From a virus, in IMG/VR virus record IMGVR_UViG_3300009158_000045, positions 9,121-73,120 of that record: 64,000 nt of DNA, one strand, 5' to 3'. The notes beneath the pieces are model-generated. The model worked only from the letters and a program-made list of their open reading frames with translations. It did not search any database and was not told where the DNA came from. How positions within the stretch are numbered: position 1 is the first letter of the stretch; each line of letters begins with the position of its first letter. The position numbers and the translations under genes were made by a program. This document shows, in pieces, positions 57,600-64,000 of this stretch.

Positions 57600-59691
57600 A
57601 TCAGATCAGCTCGACCTGGCCTTAGAAAAGAAAAAGTATGATGAATTTGGGTACACGGACTTTAAAATACTTCATGCAAGGCAATCATCATGTAGCGAGA
57701 TATCTGAAATAAATTATAATGAAGATATAAAAATTGTAAAGATTAACAATTTAAAAATTACCAATACTGATGCCGAGCACGTCTATATTTTAGGCAAAAC
57801 GTTTATATCCTCTTTTCATTATCACATGCATCATTTTCTTGCAGAATCTATAGCGCAATATGAAAATATAAAAAACGTAGTACCAGATTTAAAAACAGTT
57901 TTTGTTGATGATGCTCCTTACCCATATTGGAGGAATAATTTGAATGACACTTCGTCATCGTCATTCATGAGTGATTTAAAAACAATGTCCTTTGGGACTA
58001 GGAATAAAGATTACGAACCACATCAATACTTTGAGCCAGTCTTTAATGCATACTCTAGTGATGGTCAAATATATAACATGAATTATGATAATTTATTTTT
58101 TGAGGAAGTTTATTTTATAGTTGATTTTTCAAAAATAATACCAAAGAGTATATTTGAGCAACATGATTTTACTCCAATGTGGATGTATGAAGATGTTGAT
58201 GTCTATACAAAAATTAATTATAATAGCTTTATGCCAAAGGGATTATTTAAAATAAATAAAGCACTAGACTTTAAAGAAAATCACACTCTGCCTAAAAAAA
58301 TATATATATCCAGAAGTGATTCAAATGAAAGAAAAAAAAAGCAATATATTTCTACTGCAACCGAAGAAAAAATAAAACAAGATATAGCCATAAGAGTTTT
58401 TGATAACGAAGCAGATATTGAAAGTTATTTTATTTCATTGGGCTATTGTTCTGTATCTTTTGAAAAAATTAGTTACATCGAGCAATTGCAGTATATGAGA
58501 AATGCAACACACATCGCTGCATTATCAGGAACTGCAATCATTAATTCATTTGCTTGTAACGCAGATGCTACCATAATAGAGATTAGGGTAAAAAGTGGAT
58601 ACACGCATACATATAAAGATTATCATAAATTTTATGGTATATCAAAATATAATAATTTAGTAATAGATTTACGATACTTAAACGAGGACCCAAAAAAAAT
58701 TCTAAATGAATTAAAAAGTATGTCAAACATTTTTCAAAAATCTAGCGGCGACAGGGCATATATCACTAGAGCATACAATAATATATTTATTGATGGCAAA
58801 AAAAATATACTAATAAAATCATCTACAAATACTGAAAAAATTAAATCTGAGCACGATTACTACTGGAATCTACCTCATAATATAATGAGGTATTTTGCAA
58901 TGCCATTTGACTTTAAGTATAACAATAGTCGTGCAGAATATTCAATGGAAATATTCAAAATACAGGACTTAGCACATCAGTATGTATCTGGTGAATTAAG
59001 TGTGGAATCTTTTAAAGAGCTACTTGAAAGAATTAAATCTTTTCAAGACGAATGCCGTGAATCATCAATAGAAGAAAAATCTAACGTAGATGTAATGCAA
59101 GAATCAATAGATATTATTTTAAATAAAATAGATACAAGGATTCAAGAGCTTGAATTATATGATACATGGACCCATTCTGATTTTAATAAAAAGTTGGCCT
59201 CGATGCATATAACTCCTTCAACACTTAAAGAAAGGGTTATTATAGCTTTTGGTAAGTATTCTGGCTCAAGAAAAACATTTGTTAAAAAAATTTCCCACGG
59301 CGATCTCTGTTTTTCAAATATTTTATGGGACTATAATAACAAAATAATGAAGCTTATAGATCCAAAAGGAATAGAGTATTTATACATGGATGAGTATTAT
59401 GATATAGCAAAACTAAGTCACTCTATCAATGGATTTTATGACTACATAATACATGAGCTATACGAATTTGATTATATACATCAAAAATTAATATTTACCG
59501 CAGAAAAAAATCAAGAGATATTAAATGTATTTAAAGAGTATTTAAATGAAAAAAATATAGACTACAAATTAATGAGGACATTTGAAGCATCAATATTTTT
59601 ATCAATGCTTCCCAATCACGCAGAAAGCGATCAAAGAGTTGCAGCTTTTATGTTGACATGTCATAATATTTTAAAGGAGCTTGAAGATTAA
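57577..59691 (+). CDS. GT61/DUF563-like glycosyltransferase fused to an APH-like kinase
   Basis: HHFLAES, KKIYISRSD, EQLQYMRNATHIAALSGTA (GT61); HGDLCFSNIL, IDPKG, YDIAKLSHS (kinase). Confidence 0.75.
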   Translation: MEPKLLHKSDQLDLALEKKKYDEFGYTDFKILHARQSSCSEISEINYNEDIKIVKINNLKITNTDAEHVYILGKTFISSFHYHMHHFLAESIAQYENIKNVVPDLKTVFVDDAPYPYWRNNLNDTSSSSFMSDLKTMSFGTRNKDYEPHQYFEPVFNAYSSDGQIYNMNYDNLFFEEVYFIVDFSKIIPKSIFEQHDFTPMWMYEDVDVYTKINYNSFMPKGLFKINKALDFKENHTLPKKIYISRSDSNERKKKQYISTATEEKIKQDIAIRVFDNEADIESYFISLGYCSVSFEKISYIEQLQYMRNATHIAALSGTAIINSFACNADATIIEIRVKSGYTHTYKDYHKFYGISKYNNLVIDLRYLNEDPKKILNELKSMSNIFQKSSGDRAYITRAYNNIFIDGKKNILIKSSTNTEKIKSEHDYYWNLPHNIMRYFAMPFDFKYNNSRAEYSMEIFKIQDLAHQYVSGELSVESFKELLERIKSFQDECRESSIEEKSNVDVMQESIDIILNKIDTRIQELELYDTWTHSDFNKKLASMHITPSTLKERVIIAFGKYSGSRKTFVKKISHGDLCFSNILWDYNNKIMKLIDPKGIEYLYMDEYYDIAKLSHSINGFYDYIIHELYEFDYIHQKLIFTAEKNQEILNVFKEYLNEKNIDYKLMRTFEASIFLSMLPNHAESDQRVAAFMLTCHNILKELED

Positions 59692-60400
59692 TATATTAAT
59701 ACCAATGGCTGGGAGGGGCACAAGAATGAAAATTTATGATCCTTCTGTGCCAAAACAGATGATAAGCATTCTTGGGAAACCAATGATGCAGCACATCTTT
59801 GAAAATATTAGGCTCGATGCCCAGTATATATTTATTGCCACAGATCATGATTTAAAAAATTTTAATATAGAGGAAATTGTAGGTACTATATTTGAAAAAT
59901 ATAAAATTGTTCCACAAAATGGATATGTTGATGGAGCAGCAATATCTATTTTGTATGCAAAAGATTTAATAAACAATGAAGACCCATTACTCATAGTAAA
60001 CTCAGACCAAGTTATAGAGTGGGATCCAGGAAAATTTACAGAAATATTAAATTCTGATTTTGATGGAACTATATTTACATTTAATAGCAATTTGCCAAAA
60101 TACTCCTATGCAAAAACAGATAATTATGATATAGTTACTCAAGTTGAAGAAAAAAATGTTATCAGCAATAATGCCACAGCAGGTTTTTATTTCTGGAAAC
60201 ATGGGTCTGATTTTGTTAAGTATGCTGAGTCTATGATACATAAAAACATAAGAACAAACAATGAATTTTATGTAGCACCAGTTTACAATGAAGCTATATT
60301 AGATGGCAAAAAAATTAATATATTTAAAGTAAATACAATGTATAACCTAGGTTCCCCAGAAGACCTAGAGCATTATATAGAATGGAAAAAGAATGTCTGA
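59681..60400 (+). CDS. sugar nucleotidyltransferase (NTP_transferase)
   Basis: IPMAGRGTR...PK, IVNSDQ, EKNVISNNATAG, EFYVAPVYN, LGSPEDL. Confidence 0.88.
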   Translation: MKINILIPMAGRGTRMKIYDPSVPKQMISILGKPMMQHIFENIRLDAQYIFIATDHDLKNFNIEEIVGTIFEKYKIVPQNGYVDGAAISILYAKDLINNEDPLLIVNSDQVIEWDPGKFTEILNSDFDGTIFTFNSNLPKYSYAKTDNYDIVTQVEEKNVISNNATAGFYFWKHGSDFVKYAESMIHKNIRTNNEFYVAPVYNEAILDGKKINIFKVNTMYNLGSPEDLEHYIEWKKNV

Positions 60401-60992
60401 TTACGTAAACATTACCAATCCATACGGTGACATATGGATATGTGAAAATTTTTTAAATGACGAAGAAAGAAATACTTTATTTAATTTTGCAAAAAATAGT
60501 ACGGAAGATGAATGGAATCTAAGATACATTAAAGATAGATCCCTAGAGGCTTCTTATAAATATGAGCTGGGTAGCGACGAATGGAAAGAAACAGTCGAGC
60601 ACAGAAATAACTTTTGGGATGACAAAATTATAGAAATTCCAAAAGAGTATAAAAATATTACTGATAATATTTGGAATAAAACTAATTTATTTTTTAAGGG
60701 CCAGTACAAGATAACTGAGTACATGACCATACAGAGACAATACACTGGCGAAGAACTGAAGGTTCATGATGATAGGGGATATAAAACCACTTTAGAAAGA
60801 GCTATTGTAATTTATTTAAATGAAGACTATAATGGTGGAGAGATATGGTTCCCGCAACATGATGTATCCTACAAGCCAAAAGCAGGTAGCCTTATTAGCT
60901 TCCCAGGAACAGATGAATATCTTCATGGAGTAAAAGCAGTAGCGGATGGGCCAACTAGATTTGCTTTATCCAATTTTTGCTATTCAAAGTAA
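60393..60992 (+). CDS. 2OG-Fe(II) oxygenase
   Basis: HDD, YLNEDYNGGEI, HGV...TRF. Confidence 0.9.
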   Translation: MSDYVNITNPYGDIWICENFLNDEERNTLFNFAKNSTEDEWNLRYIKDRSLEASYKYELGSDEWKETVEHRNNFWDDKIIEIPKEYKNITDNIWNKTNLFFKGQYKITEYMTIQRQYTGEELKVHDDRGYKTTLERAIVIYLNEDYNGGEIWFPQHDVSYKPKAGSLISFPGTDEYLHGVKAVADGPTRFALSNFCYSK

Positions 60993-60998
60993 AGTTCT

Positions 60999-61070
60999 AC
61001 CTCTGTAGCTCAGCGGAAGAGCAACAGACTTCTAATCTGTTGGTCGCTGGTTCGATTCCAGCCAGGGGTG
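60999..61070 (+). tRNA. tRNA-Arg(TCT)
   Basis: ACCTCTG/CAGGGGT acceptor, ACAGA-CTTCTAA-TCTGT, GCTGG-TTCGATT-CCAGC. Confidence 0.93.
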
Positions 61071-61074
61071 CAAG

Positions 61075-61147
61075 GTCCCTATAGCTCAGCTGGTAGAGCA
61101 GCAGACTTTTAATCTGCGGGTCGAAGGATCGAAACCTTCTGGGGACA
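61075..61147 (+). tRNA. tRNA-Lys(TTT)
   Basis: GTCCCTA/TGGGGAC acceptor, GCAGA-CTTTTAA-TCTGC, GAAGG-ATCGAAA-CCTTC (atypical T-loop). Confidence 0.88.
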
Positions 61148-61169
61148 CAACTGTTTTAGGCAACCAAAA

Positions 61170-61178
61170 TGGTATAAT
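61170..61178 (+). promoter_or_regulatory. extended -10 promoter for the endolysin
   Basis: TGgTATAAT; AGGAG RBS downstream. Confidence 0.6.
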
Positions 61179-61222
61179 ACATATACCAAGCATTTCAAAA
61201 TAAATAACATAGGAGAAACAAA

Positions 61223-61822
61223 ATGGCAGCAGAACAAGGATCAGCAGCAAGATTAGTAGAAGTAGCATTAGCAGAAGTTGGAACTATTGAAGGTCCAAAA
61301 GATAATGAAACAAAGTATGGTAAGTTTACAAAGTCAAACTTTCAGCCATGGTGTGGTTCATTTGTTATGTGGTGTGCAGATCAAGCAGGAGTAAAAGTTC
61401 CTAATACTGTGTACACTCCAGCGGGAGCACAAGCATTTATTAAAGAAGGAACATGGCAGATGGCAGAAGTCGCAACACCAGAAGTTGGAGACATAGCCTA
61501 TTTTGATTTCCCATCAGATGGTGTCGATAGAATTTCTCATGTAGGAATTGTTGTTGCCGTTAATACAGATGGCACAGTGGATGTTGTAGAAGGAAATACA
61601 TCTTCAGATAAGAAAGGCGATCAAAGAAATGGCGGAGAATGCTGCCTCAAAAATCGTGCTTATAAAAAGAAGAATGGTTCAAAGCTTCGCAGAAGCCAAA
61701 TTGTAGGAATTGTAGGATTTGGAAGACCATCATTTGGAAAGCCAGTAGTTAAAAAAGCTGCAGCACCAGCCAAAAAATCTGCAGTAAAAGGCGGAGGCGG
61801 AAAGCCTGCGGCAGCTAAATAA
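61223..61822 (+). CDS. CHAP-domain peptidoglycan hydrolase (endolysin)
   Basis: QPWCGSFVMW, SHVGIV, VEGNT catalytic motifs. Confidence 0.9.
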   Translation: MAAEQGSAARLVEVALAEVGTIEGPKDNETKYGKFTKSNFQPWCGSFVMWCADQAGVKVPNTVYTPAGAQAFIKEGTWQMAEVATPEVGDIAYFDFPSDGVDRISHVGIVVAVNTDGTVDVVEGNTSSDKKGDQRNGGECCLKNRAYKKKNGSKLRRSQIVGIVGFGRPSFGKPVVKKAAAPAKKSAVKGGGGKPAAAK

Positions 61823-62226
61823 TGTACGAGTATTACGTTAGAAAAGTAGAAGGTATAGTTGATGGGGATACAATTGATGTTCTTATTGATTTAGGATTTG
61901 ATATACTTTTTGCATCAAGAGTAAGACTTGCTGGCATAGACACACCAGAATCAAGAACAAAAGATTTGGCTGAAAAAAAGCTTGGTCTTGAAGCAAAAGA
62001 GTATCTTAAGTATAAATTAAAAGATGCTAAATCTGTTAAAATTAAAACTGAAAAAATGGATTCTTCTGAAAAGTATGGAAGAATACTTGGATGGATATTT
62101 ATAGATGATCAGACAGTGTCAATCAATGAACAAATGATTACAGATGGATATGCCTGGGGATATCTAGGAGATACCAAGGTCAAAGATTTTGAAGCACTTG
62201 CTAAAGTAAGGGCTAAGAAGAAATAG
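61822..62226 (+). CDS. thermonuclease (SNase-like)
   Basis: VDGDTID, RVRLAGIDTPE, KYGRILG. Confidence 0.92.
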   Translation: MYEYYVRKVEGIVDGDTIDVLIDLGFDILFASRVRLAGIDTPESRTKDLAEKKLGLEAKEYLKYKLKDAKSVKIKTEKMDSSEKYGRILGWIFIDDQTVSINEQMITDGYAWGYLGDTKVKDFEALAKVRAKKK

Positions 62227-62252
62227 ACAAGATATAAATATTTTGCTATAAT
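62224..62252 (+). promoter_or_regulatory. sigma70-type promoter for hsp20
   Basis: TAGACA-N17-TATAAT with extended TG. Confidence 0.75.
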
Positions 62253-62255
62253 AGT

Positions 62256-62314
62256 ATACGGACTGCTCAATAGAGGGTCCGTATATTAATTTATTCGCTT
62301 GAAAGGGGAATAAC
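62256..62314 (+). promoter_or_regulatory. ROSE-like structured 5' UTR (candidate RNA thermometer)
   Basis: Hairpin ATACGGAC/GTCCGTAT, then TTATTCGCTT-GAAA-GGGGAATAA occluding the RBS with a UCGCU motif. Confidence 0.6.
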
Positions 62315-62785
62315 ATGGTTAACACCACATTCACACTGGATCTTTTTAAGGATCCATTTTTTATTGGTTGGGATCGCCAATTTAGAGATCTCGAAAAGGT
62401 AATGCATAATTCAACAAACTATCCACCATATAACTTGGTAGAGGTTAGTGAAGACACTTATATGATTGAGCTTGCTTTAGCAGGATTTAAAAAAGAAGAC
62501 ATTGCTATTGAACAAGAAAAAAATGTATTAACTATTAAAGGCTCATCGGTAGAAGATTCCAATAAGTATATTCATAAGGGAATCGGTGCGAGAAATTTTA
62601 CTAGAACATTCTCTCTATCTGAGTATATGATTGTAGCGGGAGTTACAATGGAAAATGGAGTACTACGTGTACTTGTAATTAGGGATGTGCCAGAAGAAGC
62701 AAAGCCTAAGAAGTTTGATATCATGGACTCATTTACCCCAGAAGAAGTAGTATCTTCACCTATTGTAAACAAGAAAAAAAAATAG
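62315..62785 (+). CDS. small heat-shock protein (Hsp20/IbpA-like)
   Basis: NYPPYNL, IELALAGF, YIHKGIGARNFTRTF, ENGVL. Confidence 0.95.
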   Translation: MVNTTFTLDLFKDPFFIGWDRQFRDLEKVMHNSTNYPPYNLVEVSEDTYMIELALAGFKKEDIAIEQEKNVLTIKGSSVEDSNKYIHKGIGARNFTRTFSLSEYMIVAGVTMENGVLRVLVIRDVPEEAKPKKFDIMDSFTPEEVVSSPIVNKKKK

Positions 62786-62791
62786 TATAAT
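62763..62791 (+). promoter_or_regulatory. sigma70-type promoter
   Basis: TTGTAA-N17-TATAAT. Confidence 0.6.
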
Positions 62792-62858
62792 ATAAATCTG
62801 CATCCCTTCATCGGGAAGTCGCAGATTTATGACCTGAGTATGTCTTTAAACTGCTCAC
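62792..62858 (+). ncRNA. candidate structured RNA: hairpin plus H-type pseudoknot
   Basis: ATAAATCTGC/GCAGATTTAT and TCCC/GGGA stems; GAC/GTC stem whose loop TGAGTA pairs with downstream TGCTCA. Confidence 0.45.
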
Positions 62859-62876
62859 TATAATTAAAGGATAGGT

Positions 62877-63065
62877 ATGCCAGTATACGAATATAAATGT
62901 AGTCAAGATGATTCACATGCAGCTCTTGCTATAACTAGATCCATTTCAGAAAATGATCCAGGATATCAATGTGATCAATGTAAGTCCAATATGATTAGAC
63001 ATTTTAGCCCATTCGGCATACAGTTTAAAGGCAATGGATTTTATAAAACAGATAATCCTAAATAA
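62877..63065 (+). CDS. FmdB-family zinc-ribbon protein
   Basis: MPVYEYKC...CDQC...FKGNGFYKTD. Confidence 0.88.
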   Translation: MPVYEYKCSQDDSHAALAITRSISENDPGYQCDQCKSNMIRHFSPFGIQFKGNGFYKTDNPK

Positions 63066-63071
63066 CTAAAG

Positions 63072-63080
63072 TGGTATAAT
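63072..63080 (+). promoter_or_regulatory. extended -10 promoter
   Basis: TGgTATAAT; AGGAG RBS at 63107. Confidence 0.6.
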
Positions 63081-63117
63081 TAACTAAGCAGACATGTTGT
63101 TTGCATAGGAGTAATAG

Positions 63118-64000
63118 TTGAAAAGGGAAAAGTTATTTAGAATAACAGCGTCCATAATGCTTGCATTTGGATGGCTTTTTATGTCCCCCGCCTATTCTGA
63201 TGATCCCTTAAGCCTAGCAGATCAAGAAATTCAAGAGCTAAATAATAGCATTGATGACCTAGGATACAAGGATGAATTTATATCCTTAATCCAAGAAGCA
63301 GAAGAAAAGTACGACATTGCAGTATCTGCAAAAGAAACCCAGACCCAAACCTCTGACCTATATGATGACTCTCTTGATGCAGAAACCACGGCACTTGAAG
63401 AAAAAGAATTAGCCCAATCAGCAGTAGATGGACAAACAGTCACAGTATCAACTGCCCTAACCAATAAAAACAATGCCTATGATGCTCTTGGGGTAGCCAA
63501 CATTAATCTACAAACAGCTCAGCAAGCATTAAATAATGCTGGTGGTGCTGGTTTATCATACAATGTTTATAGTTTAATCAGGGTTGATGGCCTTGCAGCC
63601 ACAGATCAATTCTTATGTAGTGGAACACTAAATGGAAACTACATGACTCGTCCAGTTTGTGGTAATAGATATGAAAACTTTATAGTTAAATTTACTGGAA
63701 AAATAACAGTACCGTCATGGTTTACATCAACATATTTTGCAGGATATACAGATGATGGTTTTAGAATGTACATTGATGGAGAACTTGTAATTAATAATTG
63801 GCGGGAGCAAGGAACAATTTGGAGTGCTTATTCTCCTGTATATGATGTAACAAGCGATAAAGTTTTTGATGTAGAGATCTGGTGGTACAACGGTGGGGGG
63901 CCAGGATCCTATCATCTTGGATGGGGAATTCCTGGAGGATGGACTGGAGCAGGTTGTGACTATGCTGGAAATCCAAGAGTATGGGGACAAAACTTTAGTT
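63118..64000 (+). CDS. secreted protein: signal peptide, coiled coil, PA14 domain (3' truncated by window edge)
   Basis: TTG start; KREKLFRITASIMLAFGWLFMSPAYS-D signal; ENFIVKFTGKITVP...TDDGFRMYIDGELVINNW...WWYNGGGPG; absent from the track because there is no stop in the window. Confidence 0.8.
   Translation, partial: MKREKLFRITASIMLAFGWLFMSPAYSDDPLSLADQEIQELNNSIDDLGYKDEFISLIQEAEEKYDIAVSAKETQTQTSDLYDDSLDAETTALEEKELAQSAVDGQTVTVSTALTNKNNAYDALGVANINLQTAQQALNNAGGAGLSYNVYSLIRVDGLAATDQFLCSGTLNGNYMTRPVCGNRYENFIVKFTGKITVPSWFTSTYFAGYTDDGFRMYIDGELVINNWREQGTIWSAYSPVYDVTSDKVFDVEIWWYNGGGPGSYHLGWGIPGGWTGAGCDYAGNPRVWGQNFS

Noticed and set aside
52937-61147. tRNAs as attachment sites of an integrated element
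   Set aside because: No integrase and no duplicated tRNA 3' end were found around the island.
62831-62858. Hammerhead ribozyme core (CTGAG...AAAC)
   Set aside because: It lacks CUGAnGA and GAAA and the three-stem layout; kept only as a pseudoknot candidate.
1839-63990. Numerous minus-strand ORFs in the track (e.g. 6474..7079, 16416..16901, 61086..61268)
   Set aside because: All are antisense shadows of well-supported + strand genes or tRNAs, with no RBS or recognisable motifs.

Overview
This window is part of a large, AT-rich tailed-phage (siphovirus-type) genome, and all credible genes lie on the + strand. Gene order: an array of 2OG-Fe(II) oxygenases; head genes (portal, prohead protease with a nested scaffold start, major capsid); head-tail and tail genes, including a -1 frameshifted tail chaperone and a 3689-aa tape-measure protein; baseplate and adhesin genes; a replication/recombination block (DnaB, primase, SSB, DnaE, RecA, Cas4-like nuclease, RuvC); terminase; three tRNAs; a glycan/small-molecule modification island; CHAP endolysin, SNase, Hsp20, an FmdB-type zinc ribbon and a partial secreted PA14 protein. 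The gene set, host sigma70-type promoters and many apparently leaderless genes suggest a lytic phage of an actinobacterium, possibly a low-GC freshwater lineage (inference). The most striking signal is the tape measure, built like a polyprotein: swappable cargo modules (HExxH zinc peptidase, ART-like domain, a tandemly duplicated W/G/P-rich module) are each bounded by recurring xxxGG / FHxGG..HxH linkers. Other candidates are a ROSE-like thermometer on hsp20, a hairpin-plus-pseudoknot RNA leader, and a promoter-operator-terminator switch in front of the replication block. All family calls come from motif recognition by eye; no searches were run.
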